Assembly: GCA_964635325.1 (NCBI GenBank)
Contig: CAZWOL010000006.1
Span: 3,849 to 67,848 of the forward strand
Direction of reading: 5' to 3'
Length of the DNA: 64,000 bases
Source of the DNA: an uncultured Pseudobdellovibrionaceae bacterium
GTDB lineage: Bacteria > Bdellovibrionota_B > Oligoflexia > Oligoflexales > Bog-1112
Below, in pieces: positions 36,387 through 47,005 of the stretch. The first letter of the stretch is position 1. Each line of letters opens with the position of its first letter. The notes below the pieces were generated by a model. That model was given only the letters and a program-made list of their open reading frames with translations. It did not search any database and was not told the DNA's origin. The position numbers and the translations under genes were made by a program.

Positions 36387-36639
36387 ACGTCCAATTTTTC
36401 GTCGCCCCTTCGGATGCTTTCTTCTGTGCCTCGAGCCGTGCAATGTATAACTCCCTAGAAATCTTGTTATAAACCAAAATTAAGCTTAGCCTTATTTAAA
36501 ACCACATAACGAAGAGTTCGAATTTCTACGCTCTCTTCGAATTATTCTTTTATCATAAGTGATTAAGCACTACCTCTTGGTTCAAAAATCCTGTGTCGAA
36601 TGAAGGACTATAAATAGTCGAAGTGGAGGAAAGGTAAAA

Positions 36640-37116
36640 GTGGAAAATACAACCCAAATGCTTCCGACAAAACGCCGCTCTCTACGAAATCTGCTGATCG
36701 AGCCTTTTAAGCAAGTTAAATTCGGCCTCTATATGCTGGTTTTAAACTTAGCCTTTCTCGCTGCTTCAGCGTTTATACTCGTCAAATCATTCTTTGAACA
36801 ATACGATCACGTTCTGAGCATTTTTCAGGTTGTCGATCCAAAAATGCGCTGGAGTTTTATCGCCGACGAGGTTTTCTACTCCAATGTCTATAGGCTCTTA
36901 CTGTGTATCTTCTTATTTAGTCTGATCTTTTTCTTTACGGTCCTAAAACTCACACACTCTTATTACGGACCTCTGATCGCGCTAAATCGCTTCATCGATG
37001 AACTGAAAGAAGGTAATTTCAGCAGCAGAGTTAAGCTTCGCAAAAGCGACGAACTTCAAACAATCGCAAGCAACCTCAACGAACTGGCCGAATCCCTACA
37101 AAAACGAAAGCCTTAA
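36640..37116 (+). CDS. Two-TM membrane protein with a HAMP domain and no output domain (158 aa)
   Basis: GTG start preceded by GGAGGA. Two hydrophobic helices, then GPLIALNRFIDELKEGNFSSRVKLRKSDELQTIASNLNELAESL, which matches the HAMP pattern (P..L....GD/NF..R......DEL..L...N.LA..L). Confidence 0.75.
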   Translation: MENTTQMLPTKRRSLRNLLIEPFKQVKFGLYMLVLNLAFLAASAFILVKSFFEQYDHVLSIFQVVDPKMRWSFIADEVFYSNVYRLLLCIFLFSLIFFFTVLKLTHSYYGPLIALNRFIDELKEGNFSSRVKLRKSDELQTIASNLNELAESLQKRKP

Positions 37117-37132
37117 ACGGAGTTTCATACAC

Positions 37133-39376
37133 GTGGGTGAGGAGCTCAAACTTTCTTATATTTCTAATATGTTTAGGGTCCGACTGACGATTCCACACAA
37201 AGTCTGTCGCGAAAGCCCTGAGGTCCCCTCTGATATTTTAGAACGCGCGCGGGCAAAACTGCAGCAAGTGCAACGCGAAGGGGCCATCGAGATTTTCACA
37301 CTCTATGAATCAACCCTGCGCAAAACATGGGAAAACTACCGAGCGCATCCAAGCCCACCCAGCCCTGACATAACGTTAACCGTTGGGGAGGGTTGCCCCA
37401 AACTCAAAGGCTTTGAGATCAAGGCCGCTAATGATTCGCGCAGTATAGCCTTGCTCAGCATCCAAAACGATGCCAGCTACCTCCGACTGCTCCGACTGGA
37501 ATGGATCGTACTTTACGTAAATCACTTTCTAAGTGAAATTCACATTCACGAGGAAGCTAATCCAGCCCATGTGCATCGCGCATGGCTAAAAGCAATCAAT
37601 GGCGTAATTGTGCGGGATTTGGCAATTGGCCCCAAGCCTCAACTACTCCCCGATGAAAATGTAAAACCATTCTCCATCTACACACATGCTAGCGGAGAAA
37701 TCACACTCATTGTTCGCAACGTGAACCTTACCCTAGCAGGCCGAGAGCCTACTTTCCTAACACAGGCCCTGCTGGATGCTAGCCAAAAGATTAACCTAAG
37801 AGCCGACGAACATTTTCAACTCTTAGAACGAGAGACACTCACAGCCATTCAGAGTGCAATGGAAGGACCAGAAAGCATTGGTGTACGCCTTCCCTTGGTG
37901 CTGCTTGGAGGCTTGGCTCTTAAACGCAATCTGGAGTTTGCAACACCTCAATACCCAGGAGTGGGTCGACTCAATCTACATATCAGCACAGATAAACTAA
38001 TCGCGACTGTTGAAGGCTTTGACTCGCAGATCTATGCAGATAGCAACTTTGTTCCAAATGAAGAGTGGCTTAAACGCGAATTGCGTCGCTACGCCCTAGC
38101 ACCAGAGGCATGCAAACCTTTTTTTGAAAACCTCCTCACAGCTCTTCTTGCTCAAGAATCCTTAGAAGGTTGCACAGTAGCCGAAGGTGTAGAAGCCATG
38201 GGAGGCTCAGGCCCCTACCTTGAAATACTCTTTGGCCACAAAGAAGAAGACAGCAGCGAAGCTGAAATTGTTGATATGCGCAGCATGCAACAAATTGAGT
38301 TTGTTAAAAAAGGGCAACCTATTGCAAAAATCAGCTATGATAACCCCCCACTTCCAGGCTACGACGTTTTCGGGCATGCGATTTATCGAGAATCCGAGTC
38401 ACTTGCTATTCAACTTGGTGACGGTGTTATCGAAAAAGAACCCGGAAGTTTCTATGCTGACTCCGACGGTATTCCAATCGTAGATGAACATAAAATCAGT
38501 CTCAATAAAGTTATGGTTCATCATGGAGATGTAAACCTCAGTAGTGGAAATATCGTTTTTGATGGTCCTGTAGAAATTTTTGGATCCATTGACAGCGGAT
38601 CCATGGTCGAAACAAGCGGCGATCTAAAAGTACACGGAACAATACGTGGAGCGATTGTTAGAGCTAAAGGAGACATCGAAGTTGAGGGAGGTATCGTCAC
38701 AGGAAAATCAGGAAGAGTGACTACCCAAAAAAATCTCAAAGCTGAGTTTATAGAAAACTCATTCATTGAATGCGGTGGGTCTGTCTTAGCTCACAAAGTT
38801 ATCATTAATAGCGACGTCATCGCTGGAGGTGATGTTGAAGTCACTGATAATTACTCGGGCCTGCTCGCCGGCGGAAGCATCAGCTGTCGCAAAAATATTC
38901 GCTCCGCAAATATTGGCTTCAAAAATGGTGCTGTCACAAAACTCAATGTAGGCGTTGATTGGAAGCTCGAACTTGCAACCTTAGTCTTCAAAAAAAGACT
39001 CGATCGCATCAAAGATGTTATGAGCAGTGACCGACAGATTGTTCGAGAACTCACATCTAGAACCCCTAGCCAACTTACAGAAAAACAGCTACGTCGTCGC
39101 GAGCACTTTCAGCGACGTCTCGTCAAAGAACGCAGAATTATGGAATACCTCCAAGATAAAGTACGGACTTTAGAGAGCCAAAGAACCTACAACTATGAAT
39201 CAAAAATTCTGATCTCAAACAAAGTTTGCACAAATGTCGAAATCAATATCGGCGGTGGTCCCGTTATCTTAAAGCAAGATCTTCTTGCTGTCGCAATACT
39301 TGCAAAAAGGCGCTCAGGTACCAAGATCGTTTCGTATAAAGTCGGGATCCAGCTATCCGAACGTGATGAAGACTAG
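37133..39376 (+). CDS. DUF342/FapA-like protein (747 aa) with a long unique N-terminal region
   Basis: The C-terminal half carries the DUF342 beta-helix pattern (HHGDVNLSSGNIVFDGPVEIFGSIDSGSMVETSGDLKVHGTIRGAIVRAKGDIEVEGGIV...FIENSFIECGGSVLA...AGGDVEV...LLAGGSISCRKNIRSANIG) followed by a coiled coil. GTG start 16 nt after the HAMP gene. Confidence 0.75.
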   Translation: MGEELKLSYISNMFRVRLTIPHKVCRESPEVPSDILERARAKLQQVQREGAIEIFTLYESTLRKTWENYRAHPSPPSPDITLTVGEGCPKLKGFEIKAANDSRSIALLSIQNDASYLRLLRLEWIVLYVNHFLSEIHIHEEANPAHVHRAWLKAINGVIVRDLAIGPKPQLLPDENVKPFSIYTHASGEITLIVRNVNLTLAGREPTFLTQALLDASQKINLRADEHFQLLERETLTAIQSAMEGPESIGVRLPLVLLGGLALKRNLEFATPQYPGVGRLNLHISTDKLIATVEGFDSQIYADSNFVPNEEWLKRELRRYALAPEACKPFFENLLTALLAQESLEGCTVAEGVEAMGGSGPYLEILFGHKEEDSSEAEIVDMRSMQQIEFVKKGQPIAKISYDNPPLPGYDVFGHAIYRESESLAIQLGDGVIEKEPGSFYADSDGIPIVDEHKISLNKVMVHHGDVNLSSGNIVFDGPVEIFGSIDSGSMVETSGDLKVHGTIRGAIVRAKGDIEVEGGIVTGKSGRVTTQKNLKAEFIENSFIECGGSVLAHKVIINSDVIAGGDVEVTDNYSGLLAGGSISCRKNIRSANIGFKNGAVTKLNVGVDWKLELATLVFKKRLDRIKDVMSSDRQIVRELTSRTPSQLTEKQLRRREHFQRRLVKERRIMEYLQDKVRTLESQRTYNYESKILISNKVCTNVEINIGGGPVILKQDLLAVAILAKRRSGTKIVSYKVGIQLSERDED

Positions 39377-39516
39377 TCGTAGCTGAAAAAATGAGTTATC
39401 TCTCGACTAGACTAGTAGAGAGGCCTAAATCATTGCATGGCAAGCATCTGCCATCTCCAGGTCAATATAGTCGAGAGCTATCAAAGTCACCATAAACAAA
39501 ATGTAAGCGTTCAAAA

Positions 39517-40272
39517 GTGTCCAAACCAAAGAAAATCCGTAAGATCCTTGCTAAAAACATCCTTGTTGAGAGGGGCCTCTGTGCAAGCTTGGATGAAGCC
39601 AGCACACTTATTCTCGCAGGGCTAGCGCTTGCTAATGACCAACGCATTGCAAAGCCAGGAGACTTGATCCCCGAAGATGCGAATGTTCGACTGAAGAAAA
39701 AACGAGACTTCGTGAGTCGAGGAGGCACAAAACTCTTCAACGCTGTGCAAGAACTTAGCCTCCAGGAGGATTTTCGCAACACACTCGTTTTGGATGTTGG
39801 AGCCTCAACGGGTGGCTTTACTGATTGCGCACTACAATTGGGCGCACGAAATGTACTCGCATTGGATGTTGGGACCAATCAGCTACACTGGAGCCTACGT
39901 AGCGATACACGCGTAATCAACCTCGAACGAACCGACATTCGTGACTTTAATGGCAAAGACTATGCTCCTTTTGATTGGATTATAGCCGATGTGAGTTTTA
40001 ATTCTTTAGAACGTTTGGCTCCTGACTTACTTAGGCTTGCTAACCCAAACACAAAATTTCTCATTCTCGTCAAACCACAGTTTGAATTGCTAAAGAGTGA
40101 GGTTCCCAAGGGAGGGGTTGTCGAGTCCAAAGAGCTTTGGGACAAAGCTCTTGCAAAGGTTTCTCAGTCATTCCTAGAACGAGGAGCGCGCAACATTCGA
40201 TATGCCAAGTCTGCGATCAAAGGCCGACGTGGCAACCAAGAGTTTTTTATGTATTGTCTGGCGCCAACCTAG
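39517..40272 (+). CDS. tlyA: TlyA-family rRNA 2'-O-methyltransferase (S4 domain plus FtsJ-like MTase)
   Basis: 251 aa. Contains VSRGGTKL, the SAM-binding block LDVGASTGGFTDCALQLGA and ALDVGTNQLHWSLR. Confidence 0.9.
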   Translation: MSKPKKIRKILAKNILVERGLCASLDEASTLILAGLALANDQRIAKPGDLIPEDANVRLKKKRDFVSRGGTKLFNAVQELSLQEDFRNTLVLDVGASTGGFTDCALQLGARNVLALDVGTNQLHWSLRSDTRVINLERTDIRDFNGKDYAPFDWIIADVSFNSLERLAPDLLRLANPNTKFLILVKPQFELLKSEVPKGGVVESKELWDKALAKVSQSFLERGARNIRYAKSAIKGRRGNQEFFMYCLAPT

Positions 40273-40639
40273 TTGCATCAGGAGATGCTCTAAAGTCAGG
40301 ATCAGGAATTGACGGTGGCAAATAATCAAAACCAGCCTTAATAATTTTTCCTTTGATTTTCGCAGAAACATCAACCGTCACAGCCCCCATTGCAGGTACA
40401 GCTTCAGAGATTGTGAGAGTAACTCGAGCGTCTTTAGGATCCAAGCCCATCACACTGACATCTTGCTCAAGTTCATACACATCAACAAGAGCATTCTCTA
40501 ATTTGGTTTGAAAGCTTTGCGTCATCATATTTTGAATGTCGTAAATATAGAGAACATCGCTGTGTGGGTAGCTAACATCAAAACGTGTTCGCACATCACG
40601 AAATCCTAGATGTCTGATTTTGAAAGCATCCAATTGCAT
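40247..40639 (-). CDS. Hypothetical ORF (130 aa), likely the C-terminal part of a split secreted protein
   Basis: Overlaps the upstream ORF by 34 nt in the -1 frame. The reading frame stays open upstream of its first ATG across an A6 run (40641-40646). No own signal peptide or clear SD. Confidence 0.45.
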   Translation of the reverse strand: MQLDAFKIRHLGFRDVRTRFDVSYPHSDVLYIYDIQNMMTQSFQTKLENALVDVYELEQDVSVMGLDPKDARVTLTISEAVPAMGAVTVDVSAKIKGKIIKAGFDYLPPSIPDPDFRASPDATRLAPDNT

Positions 40640-40959
40640 ATTTTTTCTGTACGTAACGTCTGCAAAAAGTCCGGAGAAAAGAACTCAGCTGGAATGTTTA
40701 TTGGCTTTGCACCATTTAGATCACCAATGATCGTTTTGAGTTGGTATCTAAACTGAGATGAGTAGGATCCCTGCTTACCAATGCTCTTATCAAAGGAACC
40801 TACATTTAACTCAAGCGTCCCACGAGTTAGAACAGCTGTTGTTCGAGCTTGTTTGCGATCTAATTTGTACTTGGCAGATTCATTTTGAGGGCTATGTGCC
40901 AAACCTGTTGCAGCTAGAAAAAAGGATAGACTTCCGACAAGAAGAAAATTCTTACGCAT
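40606..40959 (-). CDS. Hypothetical secreted ORF (117 aa), likely the N-terminal part of a split protein
   Basis: The ATG at 40959 gives MRKNFLLVGSLSFFLAATGLAHS, a signal peptide. The ORF terminates 35 nt after the A6 run. Confidence 0.5.
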   Translation of the reverse strand: MRKNFLLVGSLSFFLAATGLAHSPQNESAKYKLDRKQARTTAVLTRGTLELNVGSFDKSIGKQGSYSSQFRYQLKTIIGDLNGAKPINIPAEFFSPDFLQTLRTEKICNWMLSKSDI

Positions 40960-41134
40960 CTTAGATCCCTTCTTAGGAGTGCAGATACATCCCATTTTCT
41001 CCGACGCATACGCAAATACAGATACGCCCAATGGCTTTTATCGGCACTCATATTTGACGAATTAGCAATATTCTATTGAAACAGAGCAGGTGGGATTGGA
41101 GCAAGCCTTTTTGACTGCAATCTAACAACGTATC

Positions 41135-42655
41135 TTAGAGAGATTGAAAATCCAGACAAGCTTGGACCATAGTGCGAAGCCCAAACGTCGATGCTCCGAC
41201 CGTTGGAAAACCAAGCGCCCTGCAGTCCCACGCTGTTCCTGCAATATCCAGATGCGCCCACTTTGTGTCTCCAACAAATGCTTTTAAAAACGCACCTGCA
41301 ACTGAAGCTTTTGCTCCAGTTGAATCAGCTGATGTGTTTTTGTAGTTTGCCACAGTAGATTTGAGATCCTTATCCAACTCAGGCCACATAGGAAGCTGCC
41401 ATAACGGCTCACCTACTTTTTCTGAGACACTGAGAAGGTGCTTAGCCAAGGGTTGCGAGTTTGCAAACAGGCCAGCACCCGCATGTCCCAGAGCAATGAT
41501 AACCGCACCTGTTAGAGTCGCTGCATCAACCATAAACTCTGGCTTGTAGCGTTTCACTGTATAATGCAAGAGATCCGCTAAGACGAGACGTCCTTCCGCA
41601 TCGGTATTCATGATTTCGATCGACTTACCATTCATCGCTTTCACAATGTCCCCAGGACGAGTTGCTCCATTGAATGGCATATTTTCAACCGCACCAATTA
41701 TACAGACAACATTTGTAGGAGGTTGAATTTGACCAAGCACATAAGCTGCACCCAATACAGCAGCACCACCGGCCATATCGTATTTCATCTGCTCCATCCC
41801 AGAAGCAGATTTAAGACTGAGCCCCCCCGAATCAAAGGTAAGCCCTTTTCCAAGCAGAGCTACGGTTTTGGATGGATCCTTACCTTTGATCTCAAGGACA
41901 ATTAATTTAGGATCAACACTAGTTCCCTTAGCTACACTTGCAAAAGAGCCCATGCCGAGGGCTTCGATCTCACTTCGACCACGCACCTCGCAAGTAATAC
42001 CAAGATCCTTTGCCATATCACTTGCAATCTCAGCAAACTTCTCAGAATTTAACCAATTGGGCGGAGCATCGCTGATCATACGCATCAGGACTCCCGCCTC
42101 CGCCATCACCCGATATTTTTTTTCAACCTCGGGTTGTACATTTGCACCTAAAAAAGATACTTGCTTCGGCAACGAACATTTTGCTTCTCCAACATCTTTA
42201 AACGACTCCAGGTTGTAGAAACTTTGAACGAGTCCCTCCCAAATATCGAAGGAACTCAGTTGCGCTCCCGCACAAATCACAAGACTTTCTACGCAGAGAT
42301 TTCGCAGGACAAAGGCTGCTTCTGTCCCCAACTGCCGACCTTTTTGCGCCTGACTCACGTTCAAACTTGTGATGGGAACCAACAGCAATGAAAGGCTCTG
42401 CACAGAGATTAATACTGGTCCAGCTTGTGGGCGCCAGCCTAATTGAGCGCACTGATCTTTGATCATTTGACATAAATCAGCGCTAAGACCTGAGACATCG
42501 AGTTCAAATTTTTCTGGAGTAGATTGCGACTGAACAGACACTATATGATGCGCTCCGGGGACCAGTTCCGCGGAAGTGCTAATATCTGTACGACCGATCC
42601 ATGAGTAAACTGCAGGCAAGAGATCTCGCCACTGTGCTTGTGATCTTTTTTTCAA
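41135..42655 (-). CDS. pepA: Leucyl aminopeptidase (M17, PepA)
   Basis: 506 aa. Contains LLGKGLTFDSGGLSLK and NTDAEGRLVLAD, the M17 signature blocks. Confidence 0.92.
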   Translation of the reverse strand: MKKRSQAQWRDLLPAVYSWIGRTDISTSAELVPGAHHIVSVQSQSTPEKFELDVSGLSADLCQMIKDQCAQLGWRPQAGPVLISVQSLSLLLVPITSLNVSQAQKGRQLGTEAAFVLRNLCVESLVICAGAQLSSFDIWEGLVQSFYNLESFKDVGEAKCSLPKQVSFLGANVQPEVEKKYRVMAEAGVLMRMISDAPPNWLNSEKFAEIASDMAKDLGITCEVRGRSEIEALGMGSFASVAKGTSVDPKLIVLEIKGKDPSKTVALLGKGLTFDSGGLSLKSASGMEQMKYDMAGGAAVLGAAYVLGQIQPPTNVVCIIGAVENMPFNGATRPGDIVKAMNGKSIEIMNTDAEGRLVLADLLHYTVKRYKPEFMVDAATLTGAVIIALGHAGAGLFANSQPLAKHLLSVSEKVGEPLWQLPMWPELDKDLKSTVANYKNTSADSTGAKASVAGAFLKAFVGDTKWAHLDIAGTAWDCRALGFPTVGASTFGLRTMVQACLDFQSL

Positions 42656-42741
42656 GTTGCCTCCAGTGCATATAATATTTGGTGTACTCTTAACTATCTA
42701 CACGTTGCAGAACTTTCGGTACAAGAGAATTCTGCAAATGA

Positions 42742-45065
<2,324 letters not shown>

Positions 45066-45309
45066 GCCCTACTTTGGTCTATAAGATCTTAGCATTCCTA
45101 CGTCCAGACAACGCCGATGATTTATGCAATACTATCAGCATATTATATTAGCGCTCCTGCGACAAAAGGACCCCGCCCTATAATGAAAAATGAATTCCGC
45201 GGGCGGGCTCAGTGCTATAATGATGATTATACCGCGCGCAAGAAGCCGGATACCCATAAACAATGGCACCCAAATATGGATGCCCCACGCAACTAACAGG
45301 AAGATAAAT

Positions 45310-45831
45310 ATGACTGGAATCGTTATTAGCCAGAAGGTGGCTATACTTATTGACGGCAACAACATCGAACGCAGCCTACATTCCATCACAGACGATGAGG
45401 GAGTCATGTTGAATTTTGACTCTATAGTTCCCCGTCTTCTAGAAACTCGAGAACTAACCCGACTCATTTATTTCCGTGAAGGCAAAGCAATCTCTTCTAA
45501 ATTAGCAGAACGCCTCCACAAGCACTACTACGGCTCTGTGATCCCATGCCACAAATCTGCAGATATTCCGCTTAGCATCATGGCAACTCAATTAGCTGCT
45601 AAAGTAGACACGATCATCATCATGTCGGGAGATGCTGATTATATTGAGCTCGTCCGCCATCTTAAATCGGAAGGCGTACGTGTTGAGATCGCATCGGTAG
45701 CAGAAACTACTGCAAATATTTTGATTGAAGAATGCCACTTCTTTCACCCACTTAAGCAAGATGATTGGTATTCACTTTCATACGGAGCCAAAAAGAAACC
45801 AAGTGATTCACGACAGCGTTCTCATCGCTAG
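45310..45831 (+). CDS. NYN/LabA-like domain protein (173 aa)
   Basis: The ATG at 45310 is preceded by AGGAAG. VAILIDGNNIE and IIIMSGDADYIELVRHLKSEGVRVEIASV match the NYN/LabA pattern (DG.N ... SgDsDf.pl...lr..G..V). Confidence 0.75.
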   Translation: MTGIVISQKVAILIDGNNIERSLHSITDDEGVMLNFDSIVPRLLETRELTRLIYFREGKAISSKLAERLHKHYYGSVIPCHKSADIPLSIMATQLAAKVDTIIIMSGDADYIELVRHLKSEGVRVEIASVAETTANILIEECHFFHPLKQDDWYSLSYGAKKKPSDSRQRSHR

Positions 45832-45836
45832 TTGGA

Positions 45837-46985
45837 TTGGATATGATACGCTCACTGGACCTTCGCCTCTCATTTTTAAAAACGTGTGACGCAAAGGAGG
45901 TTCAACATCTCCAATCTTTGCTGCAAAATATTTTTGCCTCTACCGAGCAGCATCACGGTGAAAGCGAACTGGCCTACTTAGGCTTCGACCTACTCTACTG
46001 TTTGCTAAAACATCGCAACTGGATTGCAAATCCTCTTTTCCAACACCTTCTGCTTCATCATTTGATCAACGACTTCCGTACAGATCGAGTATGGGCTGAG
46101 CATTTTTTAAGTTCAGCATTGCCTCCATTAGGCCAAAAAAAATTTCACCCAGCCTACGCTGAGGAGCGTACCTTTCTCCTTTACTTGCTAGTTTTGGTAT
46201 TGAATTGTCGCAACCCAGACTGTCTTACAGAAGAAATTGGTCTCGGTTCGAGCATTTTGCGTCTGATTCGTGATGCACTGACTCAGACACGTTCTGAGAA
46301 CACTATTGTGTTTGGATCAACTCTCACAACAGAGTCCTTAGAAATTCTCGAAGAGTTGGCGGAAGACTATCTTAAAAATCCGTCGATCACTAATGTCTAT
46401 CCCATTTACTTTGCTCTTTTAGCTAGTGAAGAAAATTGGAAAGACAGAGATACAATGCAGCTTGCTAAAGACATATTTGAAATTTTACTTCATATAGGGC
46501 AACGCAAATCTCTGACTGAGGTGGAGTTACGCGAAAAGCTTGAAGCAACACGCCATGGCTTAGGTCAGCAATCAAACACAATCCTACGTTTTCTTAAGGC
46601 TCAGCGTTTTGTTTTTGAAATTTCATCAACTCGACGCATTCAACTCACGCAGCACGGATACGAGCAAACTGCAGATGCCTACGCAAGAAAACAACACGGC
46701 ATGCAAGTTTCTGCAGATACATTTTATGGACTTCATCCCAATTGGCAACTTGCCCTTATTGAGACATGGCCGTTAGAGCAAGCTGCAGATCTGTGGACCT
46801 GTCTAAAGCTTGCAAACTATATACCTCCGCGTAGTTTTGATCTCGTTTGCAAGCGCTTTCAAAATGTGATTCAAAGCATAGATTGGGAGCCTTGGCTTGC
46901 AAAAATGGCTATTTTTCACCCACATAAGAATCTAGCTTCCTTTACAGAACCCACGAAAAATGCTAATGCTCTTTCAATACCTTAA
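45837..46985 (+). CDS. Hypothetical helical protein (about 380 aa), possible internal winged-helix segment
   Basis: Start is TTG 45837 or ATG 45843, 6-12 nt after the NYN stop. No known motif. The segment KSLTEVELREKLEATRHGLGQQSNTILRFLKAQRFVFEISSTRRIQLTQHG looks wHTH-like. Confidence 0.6.
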   Translation: MDMIRSLDLRLSFLKTCDAKEVQHLQSLLQNIFASTEQHHGESELAYLGFDLLYCLLKHRNWIANPLFQHLLLHHLINDFRTDRVWAEHFLSSALPPLGQKKFHPAYAEERTFLLYLLVLVLNCRNPDCLTEEIGLGSSILRLIRDALTQTRSENTIVFGSTLTTESLEILEELAEDYLKNPSITNVYPIYFALLASEENWKDRDTMQLAKDIFEILLHIGQRKSLTEVELREKLEATRHGLGQQSNTILRFLKAQRFVFEISSTRRIQLTQHGYEQTADAYARKQHGMQVSADTFYGLHPNWQLALIETWPLEQAADLWTCLKLANYIPPRSFDLVCKRFQNVIQSIDWEPWLAKMAIFHPHKNLASFTEPTKNANALSIP

Positions 46986-47005
46986 TAGAAGCGAAGTGAG
47001 AAACT

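Noticed and set aside
36353-36472. 39-aa Phe-rich small ORF (MSVSYASFFFFYVQFF...) in the 550-nt spacer
   Set aside because: It has no SD. It spans the terminator-like hairpin and T-run, which explains the Phe codons.
39462-39878. 138-aa minus-strand ORF
   Set aside because: It is antisense to tlyA, whose S4 and SAM-binding motifs are intact. The composition is a typical S/P/R-rich shadow frame.
45135-45467. 110-aa hydrophobic minus-strand ORF overlapping the NYN gene start
   Set aside because: It overlaps the SD-supported NYN start and the structured spacer. It has no SD, and the hydrophobic run comes from an AT-rich antisense frame.
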